A stretch of 32,266 bases of DNA from a virus (taxonomy: Duplodnaviria > Caudoviricetes). The stretch's first letter is position 1. Each line of letters begins with the position of its first letter. This document shows, in pieces, positions 1-8,849 of the stretch. The stretch lies in IMG/VR virus record IMGVR_UViG_3300042253_000106, positions 1 to 32,266 of that record. The stretch is one strand, 5' to 3'. The notes beneath the pieces were generated by a model. That model worked only from the letters and a program-made list of their open reading frames with translations, was not told where the DNA came from and did no database searches. A program made the position numbers and the translations under genes.

Positions 1-846
1 CTTTACGGCTGCGGCTTTCCCAAGAGCCATGACGTGGCCAAGGGGATCGACAAGCTCATGGGGGCCGAGCGGGACGTGGTGGCCACAAGGCCAGCCGACG
101 ACATCACGGGTGGGCAGCTGATGAAAAAGGCGACCAGCGGTGAGAGCCGCCCCCCGCGCGAGATCGCCATAACCGCCCCCGCCACACCCGAGGCCGCCGC
201 CTGGGAGGGCTGGGGCACGGCCCTCAAGCCCGCATTCGAGCCGATCCTTGTGGCGCGCAAACCGCTTACCGAGACATCCGTCGCCCGGCAGGTGCTGGCC
301 ACCGGCACCGGCGGGCTGAATATCGACGGGGGGCGAGTCGGGAAGGAGCGTGTTGCGTCCTATCGCGGCACCGGGGTTCCGCGCCCATCCCAAAGCCCCT
401 CGATGCACGAGCAGGCGATCCCCGAAAAGGTCGGTGAGAAAATCGGCCGCTGGCTCGCCAATGTCACCCACGATGCCAGCGCCGAGGTGCGGGCGCGATT
501 CCCGGCCGATCCCTCGGGTACTGTCGCGCGGTTCTTTTACTCGGCCAAGGCAGACGCGACCGACCGGCAGGGCAGCCGCCACCCCACCGTCAAACCGCAA
601 ACGCTGATGCGCTGGCTGGTGAGGCTGGTGACGCCGCCGGGCGCGCTGGTGCTCGATCCGTTCGGCGGCTCGGGCAGCACCGGCTGGGCCGCGCATCGCG
701 AGGGCCGCCGCGCCCTGCTGATCGAGCGCGAGCCGGATTATGCCGCGCATATCCGCCAGCGCATCGCCGGGCTCGACCGGCCCAGATCGCCTGAGACCGG
801 CAAGGCATCCCGGCGGCAACCCGATCTGTTCGAGGTGAGAAAATGA
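1..846 (+). CDS. Phage DNA methyltransferase, N6-adenine/N4-cytosine type (5' part outside window)
   Basis: Frame is open from base 1 (LYGCGFPKSHDVAKGIDK, the phage MTase YGxGFPKS motif); also ALKPAFEPI, RFFYSAKA, HPTVKP and the SAM-binding motif LDPFGGSGST. Confidence 0.9.
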   Translation, partial: LYGCGFPKSHDVAKGIDKLMGAERDVVATRPADDITGGQLMKKATSGESRPPREIAITAPATPEAAAWEGWGTALKPAFEPILVARKPLTETSVARQVLATGTGGLNIDGGRVGKERVASYRGTGVPRPSQSPSMHEQAIPEKVGEKIGRWLANVTHDASAEVRARFPADPSGTVARFFYSAKADATDRQGSRHPTVKPQTLMRWLVRLVTPPGALVLDPFGGSGSTGWAAHREGRRALLIEREPDYAAHIRQRIAGLDRPRSPETGKASRRQPDLFEVRK

Positions 847-1091
847 GACATCGCCCCATCTGCATCGCGCCCCTGCGCGCCCATTGGCAGCCCCTGCCCG
901 AGGCGCCGCGCGGATCGGCGGCCGAGGCGGCGGGCGCGGCGGCCGCGCTCGATCTGGCGGCGCTGGTGCATTTTCACGCGGCCCGCACCGCGCGGGCCAG
1001 CGGCGACGCGCGCGGGGCCGCGCGCCGCGCGAGGTGCGGCCTTATCCTGACCGAGCGGGCGCAGTGCGCGCGCGGGAGGGCGGCCTCATGA
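843..1091 (+). CDS. Hypothetical phage protein (82 aa)
   Basis: ATGA overlaps with both neighbours; GAGG upstream; no recognised motif. Confidence 0.6.
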   Translation: MRHRPICIAPLRAHWQPLPEAPRGSAAEAAGAAAALDLAALVHFHAARTARASGDARGAARRARCGLILTERAQCARGRAAS

Positions 1092-1900
1092 AATCGCTGC
1101 GCCGATCCGCCAAGATGCGCGCGGCACTCTCGATAGGCATCTGGTGTCTGGGGCAGTCCCTCGGCCCGGATCGCGCCGCCCTGGCCAGCGCCACGGGCCT
1201 GCGCGCGCCCGCGCTGGGCCAGGCCCTGGCCCGCGTGGAGAAACTGCGCCTCGATCCGGCCTGGGCCGCGCTGCTCGACCGCTGCGCCACGGCCTGGGGC
1301 GGGGTTCCGCCGCTGGAGCCGCGGCTTTGCCATCTGTCCCGCGCGCTGGGTGCCGATTTCACCCTCGCCGCCGCCGATCTCGAGCTGGCCCGCGCGCAGG
1401 CGCTGACCGGCACCCACCGGTTGATGCTCGACCCGGCCCTGCCCCGCGCCGCGCTGATCTGGGCGGGTGAGCCTGAGCCGTTCCCCACCGATCACGCGCT
1501 CCTTTGGCTGGCCGCCGGGATGCTGGATTTCGCACCAGAACCAAGCGCCTACCGTCTGAGGATCGCAGGCCCGCGCCGCGTCGCATCGCTGCGCGAGTTG
1601 CCGCAGGCCGATGTGGTGCCTCCCGCAAAAGGCCGATGGGCCGAGGAGGCGCTGCGCGCCAAGGCGCGGCGCGTGGCCCTGGCGTTTGAGACAGCCGGGC
1701 TGAGCGCGGAGGGTGAGATCGGCCTGCTCGCCGCACGCGACCGGCTCGGCCCGTCACTCTGGGCGGTGGCGCGCGATTGCCTGGGCCGTGCTCACCCACG
1801 CGAGCGGGTGGAGCGCGACATGGGCCTGCCTGGGCGCTCGGCCAAGGCGCTCTTGCTCGCGGCGGTGGAGCTCTGGCCGGAGGAGACGGGCAATGACTGA
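1088..1900 (+). CDS. Putative GafA-like (DUF6456-type) transcriptional regulator, 270 aa
   Basis: ATG 1088 after GGGAGGG; N-terminal HTH-like segment ALASATGLRAPALGQALARVEKLRLDPAWAALLD; C-terminal LGPSLWAVARDCLG...ERVERDMGLPGRSAKALLLAAV resembles the DUF6456/GafA C-terminus as recalled. Confidence 0.65.
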   Translation: MKSLRRSAKMRAALSIGIWCLGQSLGPDRAALASATGLRAPALGQALARVEKLRLDPAWAALLDRCATAWGGVPPLEPRLCHLSRALGADFTLAAADLELARAQALTGTHRLMLDPALPRAALIWAGEPEPFPTDHALLWLAAGMLDFAPEPSAYRLRIAGPRRVASLRELPQADVVPPAKGRWAEEALRAKARRVALAFETAGLSAEGEIGLLAARDRLGPSLWAVARDCLGRAHPRERVERDMGLPGRSAKALLLAAVELWPEETGND

Positions 1901-2171
1901 CTGCCAGATCTGCGGCAACACGCCCGCCCCGTTCGGGCAAGGCTGGCCCGGCACCCCCGCCAGCCAGCCCGAGCCGGTGCGCGGCCGGAAATTGCGGCTC
2001 TGTGCCTTTGGTGGCCCGTGCCACGCGATGGCCGTGGCGCGGGTCATCCGGGCGGCGGGGCAGCCCTGGCCCGCGGGTGGATATCGCGGCATCGCGGCGG
2101 CGGATGTCGCGGCGGCGCTGGGAGAGCTTGGATTTGACAAGGCAGAGGCGCGGCGGCTGGCCCGCGCGTGA
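1893..2171 (+). CDS. Small Cys-containing protein (CxxC...C...C) with a RuvA-C/UBA-like helical tail
   Basis: ATG 1893 after GGAGGAG; MTDCQICG..APFG.GWPG...LCAFGGPCH; ends DVAAALGELGFDKAEARRLARA. Confidence 0.65.
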   Translation: MTDCQICGNTPAPFGQGWPGTPASQPEPVRGRKLRLCAFGGPCHAMAVARVIRAAGQPWPAGGYRGIAAADVAAALGELGFDKAEARRLARA

Positions 2172-2185
2172 CAAAGGAGACGGCG

Positions 2186-2377
2186 ATGAACCCCGAATTC
2201 GTGAGCCTGACGGTGCAGGTGCTGATGGAAACCGAGGCGGCGGTGATGGTCGCCGATGCCGACCCCGGTGATGCGGTTTGGATTCCGCGCAGTCAGGTGG
2301 GCCTGCAGCCCGCCGGGCAGGGGTTGCACCACGTCACCCTGCCCGCCTGGCTCGCCCGCGACAAGGGGCTGATCTGA
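2186..2377 (+). CDS. Conserved small phage protein (ETExA...VWIPxSQ...PxWLAxxKGL type)
   Basis: AAGGAG RBS then ATG 2186; motif pattern common in small phage hypothetical proteins. Confidence 0.75.
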   Translation: MNPEFVSLTVQVLMETEAAVMVADADPGDAVWIPRSQVGLQPAGQGLHHVTLPAWLARDKGLI

Positions 2378-2961
2378 TGGCGCGCGCGGTGATCTGGACG
2401 GGCAGCGGTTTTCTCGATCTCGAGGCCCCCGACCCCAATGCTATCCGGCTGGCGGATATCGCACGCGCCCTCTCGCGCGCCCCGCGTTTCGCGGGGCTGA
2501 CCGAGCGCCCGCTGAGCGTGGCCGAGCATTGCCTGCTCTGCGAAGATCTGGCGCGGGGGTTTGCCCTGCCGCCGCGGCTGCGGCTCTGGGCGCTGCTGCA
2601 CGACGCCGCCGAGGCGTATATCTGCGACCTGCCGGGGCCTCTCAAGGCGTGCCTGCCGGAATACCAGCGGATCGAGGAGGGGCTCTTGCGCGCGGTGGCG
2701 CAGCGCTTTGGCCTGATGTGGCCGGTGCCATACGCCGTTTGGGAAATCGACCGGATCGCGCTCAAGATCGAGCGGCGCGCGGTGCTGCCCGCCACACGCG
2801 GCCTGCCCGAATGGCCAGAGCTTCCCGCTGCAATTCCGGACTGGGCTCCCGAGGCGACCCCCGGAGCGATCCTCGATTGCGAGCCGGACACCACGCGCCA
2901 GCGGTTCGAATGGACCGCGCGGATGCTGATGGGCTGCTCGGACGAGGCCCGCGATGTCTGA
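2377..2961 (+). CDS. HD-domain phosphohydrolase (YfbR/YfdR-like nucleotidase)
   Basis: DIARALSRAPRFAG, SVAEH and ALLHDAAEAYICDLPGPLK motifs; TGATG overlap. Confidence 0.9.
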   Translation: MARAVIWTGSGFLDLEAPDPNAIRLADIARALSRAPRFAGLTERPLSVAEHCLLCEDLARGFALPPRLRLWALLHDAAEAYICDLPGPLKACLPEYQRIEEGLLRAVAQRFGLMWPVPYAVWEIDRIALKIERRAVLPATRGLPEWPELPAAIPDWAPEATPGAILDCEPDTTRQRFEWTARMLMGCSDEARDV

Positions 2962-3139
2962 GCCCTGCCACAACCACCACCGGCTCACCGTGGCCCACGC
3001 GCCCGGCCTCGTCTCGATCAGGATCGAGGATGACACCAGCGCGGCGCATTACCCGCTTACCCCCGACGCGGCCTTCGATCTGGCCTGCGACCTGATGATC
3101 CAGGCCGCCCGCGCCCGCGACCGGGAGGCGGAGGGATGA
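2954..3139 (+). CDS. Hypothetical phage protein (61 aa)
   Basis: Fills the gap and overlaps both neighbours; GAGG RBS. Confidence 0.6.
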   Translation: MSEPCHNHHRLTVAHAPGLVSIRIEDDTSAAHYPLTPDAAFDLACDLMIQAARARDREAEG

Positions 3140-4218
3140 GCCTCTCGGATCGCATCCGTGACGAGATGTCCCTGACCGAGGAGGCCGGGCGCACCGTCGA
3201 CTGGGATATGCGCAAATCCAACCCCGCGCGCGGCGACTGGTGGGCCTGCTGCCCGTTTCACGGCGAGGCGAGCCCCAGCTTTCACGTGACCGAGCCGGGC
3301 GGGATCGGTGGGCGCTTTTACTGTTTCGGCTGTCAGGCGGGCGGCTCGGTGATCGATTTTGTGATGGCCCGCGACGGGATCGAGGCGGGCGAGGCCATCC
3401 GCCGTCTCGCCCGACCGGAGTGGCGCGAGGAGAGCGATGCCGACCGCGCCGCCCGTGACCAGCGCCGCGCCGCGGCACAGACGCGCGCCGAGGCCCAGCG
3501 CGCCGAGGCGGCCCGCGCCGGTCTTGGCCGCGCGCAGGAGATCTGGACGCGCACCCGCCCCGGCGGCGAGATGCTTGCCACCTATCTCGAGGGGCGCGGC
3601 ATCCGGCTGGGCGCATTGGGCGGCGTGCCGCCCTCGCTGCGCCTGCATCCCGATCTGCCCTGCTGGGAGGAGGGCGGCAAATCGGTGCTGCATCGCGGCC
3701 CGGCGATGGTGGCGCGGGTGGGCCGCGCGGCGGCGGCGGGCGTGCACATCACCTGGATCGACGGCCCCGCGCGCGCGCGCACCGCCGGGCAGAAGATCCC
3801 GAAGAAAATGCGCGGGGCCACCGGCGCGATGTTCGGCCAGCCGGTGGCGCTGACCCGGCCTGCGCCGGTGATGATCGCGGGCGAGGGGATCGAGACCACG
3901 CTTGCCGTGCTGGCGGCCATCCGCCTTGCCTCCCCCGCCGCCCGGATCGGGGCCGAGGCAGCCCTGTCGCGACCCGCCCTGGTCGGGCGCGGCGACGGGA
4001 CGGGCTGGGTGCCGCCCGAGGGGACGCGCGGGGTGATCCTGCTGGCCGATCCCTCGTCCCGCGCCCCGGATGTGGCGCGCGAGATGACCCATGCCGCCCG
4101 TGCGCGGCTGCAAGCAAGGGACCTGGCGGTGCGCGTGGCGCTGCCGCGCGGCCGCTGGGATCACGACGAGGATTTTGCCGATCTTGCCCTCGCGGGGGCG
4201 CTTTTCGAAGGAGTGTAA
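3136..4218 (+). CDS. Primase: CHC2 zinc finger plus Toprim domain
   Basis: CCPFHGEASPSF...FYCFGCQAGGSVIDF zinc finger; YLEGRGI, GVHITW, GEGIETTL and the terminal DFAD Toprim motifs. Confidence 0.9.
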   Translation: MSLSDRIRDEMSLTEEAGRTVDWDMRKSNPARGDWWACCPFHGEASPSFHVTEPGGIGGRFYCFGCQAGGSVIDFVMARDGIEAGEAIRRLARPEWREESDADRAARDQRRAAAQTRAEAQRAEAARAGLGRAQEIWTRTRPGGEMLATYLEGRGIRLGALGGVPPSLRLHPDLPCWEEGGKSVLHRGPAMVARVGRAAAAGVHITWIDGPARARTAGQKIPKKMRGATGAMFGQPVALTRPAPVMIAGEGIETTLAVLAAIRLASPAARIGAEAALSRPALVGRGDGTGWVPPEGTRGVILLADPSSRAPDVAREMTHAARARLQARDLAVRVALPRGRWDHDEDFADLALAGALFEGV

Positions 4219-4221
4219 GAC

Positions 4222-4563
4222 ATGCTGGAAAACAGCCAGATTGAGAACGCCCGGCAGACCTGGATTGCCCGCCGGTTCACCGAGATCATCAACGCGCGCG
4301 GCGACGATCCAAAGGCAACGGCTTGCGCACTCGCCCGCGCGTCGCAGGATCTGCATAACACGGCGCTGCAGAGAACCCCGGCACTCTTTGCGGAGATCGC
4401 CGTGACCGCGTTCGACGCGCTGATCGTCGAATGCGGGCGGCGCGGGGCGGATGGCCGCGCCACGGCGGCCCTCGTGGCGGGCGAGTTGCGCGTCGCCGAA
4501 TACCTGGCTGCCCGCGCGTTGCACGCGCGCGCCGAGGGTGAGGAGCCCGGCGATGGAGCGTAA
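4222..4563 (+). CDS. Hypothetical phage protein (113 aa)
   Basis: AAGGAG RBS; in-operon position. Confidence 0.7.
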   Translation: MLENSQIENARQTWIARRFTEIINARGDDPKATACALARASQDLHNTALQRTPALFAEIAVTAFDALIVECGRRGADGRATAALVAGELRVAEYLAARALHARAEGEEPGDGA

Positions 4564-4873
4564 ACCTGCAGCCGCCCGCGATGCCGCCGTGGTCGAGATG
4601 GCGCAGGGCGGGGCCAGCCGCGAAGAGATCGCCCGTGCCTTTGGCATCCACCCGATGAATGTCACCAAGATCTGCCAGGCCGCGCGCGAGCAGGGCATCG
4701 CGGTGCCCTATTTCAACGCGCCGCGCGCCCTGCGCATCCCGCCCACGGCTGCCGCCGCGCTGGCCCCGCATGCCCGCGCCCGCGGAATTTCCACCCCCGA
4801 TCTGGCCATCCGCCTCCTGACCGCCTGCGCCGAGGAGCCGGTGCTGATCGACAACATTCTGGAGGATCTGTGA
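4553..4873 (+). CDS. HTH DNA-binding protein (106 aa)
   Basis: ATG 4553 after GAGGAG; GASREEIARAFGIHPMNVTKIC HTH; C-terminal LAPHARARGISTPDLAIRLL...LIDNILED. Confidence 0.75.
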   Translation: MERKPAAARDAAVVEMAQGGASREEIARAFGIHPMNVTKICQAAREQGIAVPYFNAPRALRIPPTAAAALAPHARARGISTPDLAIRLLTACAEEPVLIDNILEDL

Positions 4874-5534
4874 TGCCTGACATATTCGATCTCGACGCTT
4901 CCCTTTTCATGGCGGTGCGCCGCGCGGCCGATACCGATGAACCCGCGCGCATCTATCTCGAGGGCGTGCTGGTCGAGCCGCGCGCCGATGGTGGGGCCTT
5001 TCTCGTGCCACCGATGGCCGCGTGATGCTGGTGGGGTTTGAGCCGAGCGCCACCGCCCCGCGCCCCGCCATCCTGCGCCTGACCCTGCCCTGCCTCCCCG
5101 CGCCGGAGACGGATGAATGGGGCGACGTGACCGAATTCGAACCCTGGCGCGCCGCCCGCCTGCAGGCGCAGATCGCGGGCGAAAACGTGCCCGCCGTGGC
5201 AGGGTTCGCAGCGAACGAGGCCGCGCCACACTGGCATGCCCTGATCGAGGAGATCGCACCGGCAAAGCTCTACCCCGACTGGCGCAAGGTGATGACCGGC
5301 AAGGGCCAACTGAGGCCACTTCCCAAAACCTATAACGGCTACGGGCTCGACCCGGATCTGCTGGCCCGCGTCACGGGCGGCGATGGCGGCGTGACGCTCG
5401 GCCCGGCCGCCCAGGATGGCGCGCCCTGGCGGCTGCGCTTTGAGAACGGCAATCTCACGGGCGTGATCATGCCGCGATGGATGAAGCTCGATGAGTCATT
5501 CGCGCTGGCGGCCATCCTCGAGGGCAAGACATGA
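4873..5534 (+). pseudogene. DNA polymerase III beta-clamp-like protein, frameshifted near 5007
   Basis: ATG 4873 gives ...ARIYLEGVLVEPRADGGAFLV then stops at 5023-5025; the -1 frame continues ATDGRVMLV...YPDWRKVM...GVIMPR, completing the beta-clamp motifs RxxLxGV...LVATDG and GVIMP. Confidence 0.75.
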
Positions 5535-5650
5535 CCAGCCCGCGCGAGACCCCCGCCACTCCCGGCGGCACCGACGCGCGCCTCGCCGCACTGGCCCGCG
5601 TCATCGCCCGGCTCGAGGCCGCGACAGGCAGGAGGCAGGCAAAACCATGA
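5531..5650 (+). CDS. Small hypothetical protein (39 aa; not in ORF track)
   Basis: MTSPRETPATPGGTDARLAALARVIARLEAATGRRQAKP; ATGA overlaps at both ends. Confidence 0.5.
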   Translation: MTSPRETPATPGGTDARLAALARVIARLEAATGRRQAKP

Positions 5651-6330
5651 GCCTCGAACGTGCCCCGCGCGGCCTCATTGGTTGCGAAACATCCGGCGTC
5701 ATGCGCCGAGCCTTCGCTGCGCGCGGATGGGACGTGTGGTCCTGCGACCTTCTTCCCGCCGAGGATGGCAGTAACCGTCACATTGTCGCCGATCTGCGCG
5801 AGGTGTTGGACAAAGGATGGGATTTTCTCGGCGTCTTTCACCCACCTTGCACCCGGCTCTGCAATTCCGGCGTGCGATGGCTTCACACTCCCCCGCGCGG
5901 CAAGACCCGCGCCCAGATGTGGGTCGAGCTTGAAGAGGCGGCGACTTTCTTCTCGGATTGTTGGACTGCGGATATCCCGCACGTCGCCGTTGAAAACCCG
6001 GTCATGCACAAACACGCCCGCTTGCGCATCCGCGATTTCGCACCGCCCGCCCAGACAGTGCAGCCCTGGTGGTTTGGAGATCCAGCCTTCAAGGCCACAT
6101 CACTTTGGCTGCGTGGTTTGCCTCTACTGCGCAAGACCACGGTTCTCGATCCACCCCGCCCGGGCACGGATGAGCACAAGAAATGGTCCGCAATCCACAG
6201 AGCCCCACCCGGCCCGGATCGCTGGAAAATGCGGTCGCGCAGCTTCGGGGGCATGGCAGAGGCCATGGCCAGCCAATGGGATGCGCCCGCACGGGCCGGG
6301 CTGCAATCAATCGAGGAGAAGCAGTCATGA
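5647..6330 (+). CDS. Short phage C5-cytosine DNA methyltransferase-like protein
   Basis: ATG 5647; LIGCETSG...AF...WSCDLLP (SAM-binding), HPPCTRL (catalytic PC), VENPV, terminal GMAEAMASQW. Confidence 0.8.
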   Translation: MSLERAPRGLIGCETSGVMRRAFAARGWDVWSCDLLPAEDGSNRHIVADLREVLDKGWDFLGVFHPPCTRLCNSGVRWLHTPPRGKTRAQMWVELEEAATFFSDCWTADIPHVAVENPVMHKHARLRIRDFAPPAQTVQPWWFGDPAFKATSLWLRGLPLLRKTTVLDPPRPGTDEHKKWSAIHRAPPGPDRWKMRSRSFGGMAEAMASQWDAPARAGLQSIEEKQS

Positions 6331-7148
6331 CACTGGAATCCATCGACCCGCAAGGTCTGAAACCCGCCGAGCTGCGCGATCAGCCCGCGCCAATGCTCAC
6401 TTGGGCGCGCATTGCCGATCTGCGCATCGACCGCAGCTACCAGCGACCCCTCACGCCCGCCTCCCGCCGCGCGATCCGGGCGATGGCGGATGGCTGGGAT
6501 TGGACGCGCTATCAGCCGATCCTTTGCGCCCCGGCCGAGGGCGGGCTGTTGGTGGTTGTGGACGGCCAGCACCGCGCCCATGCCGGACTGCTGGCCGGGA
6601 TCGAGGAATTGCCCGCCATGACCGTGCCGATGACCCGAGCCCAGCAGGCGGCGGGCTTTGCTGCCGTCAACCGCGACCGGATCGCGATCAACGCGCTCGC
6701 CATCTATCGCGCCGAGCTGACCGCTGGAGCGGACTGGGCGCAGGCGTGCCGCGAGGCGGTGGAGGCGGCGGGCTGCCGGATCGCCACCTCGAACCCCAGC
6801 GCGATGCACAAGAAACCGGGCATGGTCTATGCCATCGGGATCATCCGCCGGATGGTCACCCGCGGCGAGGCGGCGGCCGTCACTGCGGGTCTGCGCGCGA
6901 TACGTGAGAGTGACGCGGGCCGCGTGATGGAAAGCTATGCCGCCCCGGTTCTCAACCCGTGGCTTTCGGCGCTGGCGCGGGACAACCGCTTTCTGCGGCT
7001 CGATCTCGCCCCGGTCTTCGACGGGATCGATTTCGAGACCCTGCGCGAAAACGCGACCCGCGCCGCCCGCACGCAGAACACCGCCGCTCGCGGGTTGATG
7101 ATCGACGCCATCGCGCAGCGGTTGAAAGACGTGATGGCGGGCCACTGA
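6327..7148 (+). CDS. ParB/Srx N-terminal-domain protein (DUF6551-like)
   Basis: ATG 6327 after GAGGAG; LRIDRSYQRPL...WDW...VVDGQHR motif. Confidence 0.85.
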   Translation: MTLESIDPQGLKPAELRDQPAPMLTWARIADLRIDRSYQRPLTPASRRAIRAMADGWDWTRYQPILCAPAEGGLLVVVDGQHRAHAGLLAGIEELPAMTVPMTRAQQAAGFAAVNRDRIAINALAIYRAELTAGADWAQACREAVEAAGCRIATSNPSAMHKKPGMVYAIGIIRRMVTRGEAAAVTAGLRAIRESDAGRVMESYAAPVLNPWLSALARDNRFLRLDLAPVFDGIDFETLRENATRAARTQNTAARGLMIDAIAQRLKDVMAGH

Positions 7149-7169
7149 CAAGAGCCGGAAAGGCCGGAA

Positions 7170-8849
7170 ATGGGAATACTCGACGATCTGGTGGCCCGGC
7201 CGCGCACCGTGGCGCTCACGCTGCCTGAGCGGCTCAAGCTCACCTTCAATGACGAGGATAACGCCGCGCGGCTGCTGGCCGTCTACGGCCCCGATCTGGT
7301 GTATGTCACCGGCCGGGGCTGGGCGGTCTGGGATGGCACGCGCTATTCCTTTCGCTCGGGCGATCTGGCCGCGATGGAAGTCGGCCACAAGCTGCGCAGC
7401 CTGGTACTGGAAGAGGCCCGCTTTGCCCGCGAGGAGGCCGAATTTCCCGACTGGCAGATCGCCAATGCCATCGCGGCCGCCACCCGCGCACGGCCCCCCC
7501 AGAGCCTCACCCGCGAGGATGCCATCGCCCAGCTGCGCCGCGAGACGGCCGGAAAGCTGCAGGGCCATGCAGTCAAATGCGGCAATGTCCACAAGGTCAC
7601 CGCCGCAATGACCGTGGCGCGGTATCGCACCCGCGCCGAGGTCGAGGATATGGATGCCGACCCCTGGCGGCTGGCAGTTCCCAACGGCGAGATCGATCTG
7701 CGCGCGGTGGCGGATTACGAGCGCCCGGCCGGGGCCAGCCGCGACGAGCTGGCCGCCTTGCGCGCGCCGTGGCTGCGCGAGACGGCCCGCTACCACCGCC
7801 CCACGAAATGCGCGGGCGCGCTCTTTGATCCCCACGCCGAGGCCCCGAAATGGGAGGAGTTCCTGGCGCTGATCCAACCCGATGAGGCGGTGCGCGCGGC
7901 GCTGCAGCGCAGCCTGGGGGCCTGCCTGCTGGGTGAAAACCGGGCGCAGGTGGCGCTCTTCCTGCGCGGCCCCGGCGGCAACGGCAAATCCACCCTGCTC
8001 AACGTGTTCCAGCACGTAATGGGCATGCGCGACGGCTACGCCCAGCCCTGCAAGATCGAGATGTTTCTCGACACCGGCAACGCAGGCGCGGGTGCCGCCA
8101 CCCCCGAGGAGGTCAACCTGCCCGGCGCACGCGCCTATGTGGCGACCGAGCCCGATGCCCGCGACGTACTCTCGACCAAGAAGATCAAGGCGCTGACCGG
8201 GGGCGACCGGCGTATGAGCCGGGGCAATTTCCAGGATTTCTTTTTCTGGACGCCGCGCGGCGTGCCGCTGATCAGCTGCAACCGCACGCCCAAGATCAAG
8301 GGTGAGGATGATGGCACCAAGCGCCGCCTCATCTTCATCCCCTTCGATGTGAACCTGCGCGCCCTGCCCCCTGAGCGCCAGCGTGCCCAGGCCGAGGTCG
8401 AGGCCGAGCTTCGCGCCGAGGCGTCGGGCATTCTCAACTGGCTGCTCGAGGGGCTGTCGGAATTCCTGGCGCGCGGGATCGACCCGCCCGAGGTGATGCT
8501 GGCATTGAAGGCCCGGCTACTGGAATCCGGCGATCCCGTGGGCACGTTCCTCTCGGAGATGATCGAAGAGGCCAGGCCCTCGGAGGGCGAGCGCATCCGC
8601 GTGGCGCATCTCTACCGCGTCTACGAGCGCTGGTGCGATGATGAGGGCCGCACGCTCTACCAGCCGCGCCCGTTCGGCGACGTGATGGTCGAAAAGGGCC
8701 ATGAGCGCGGCAAGCATGGCGGCCATTCCGTCTGGCGCAACATCCGCTGGGCGCAATCGGCTGCCCCGCTGGTGGCCGATGTGTTGGGGCTCGAGCATGC
8801 GCCCACGGCCGCCCCCGCGCCCCCCTCGGCCGAGCCGCCGCCCTTCTGA
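7170..8849 (+). CDS. P4/D5-family SF3 helicase (phage/plasmid primase family), lacking its own primase domain
   Basis: D5_N-like NDEDNAARL...WAVWDG and PNGEIDLR; Walker A GPGGNGKST; IKALTGGD; RRLIFIPF; C-terminal winged helix. Confidence 0.92.
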   Translation: MGILDDLVARPRTVALTLPERLKLTFNDEDNAARLLAVYGPDLVYVTGRGWAVWDGTRYSFRSGDLAAMEVGHKLRSLVLEEARFAREEAEFPDWQIANAIAAATRARPPQSLTREDAIAQLRRETAGKLQGHAVKCGNVHKVTAAMTVARYRTRAEVEDMDADPWRLAVPNGEIDLRAVADYERPAGASRDELAALRAPWLRETARYHRPTKCAGALFDPHAEAPKWEEFLALIQPDEAVRAALQRSLGACLLGENRAQVALFLRGPGGNGKSTLLNVFQHVMGMRDGYAQPCKIEMFLDTGNAGAGAATPEEVNLPGARAYVATEPDARDVLSTKKIKALTGGDRRMSRGNFQDFFFWTPRGVPLISCNRTPKIKGEDDGTKRRLIFIPFDVNLRALPPERQRAQAEVEAELRAEASGILNWLLEGLSEFLARGIDPPEVMLALKARLLESGDPVGTFLSEMIEEARPSEGERIRVAHLYRVYERWCDDEGRTLYQPRPFGDVMVEKGHERGKHGGHSVWRNIRWAQSAAPLVADVLGLEHAPTAAPAPPSAEPPPF

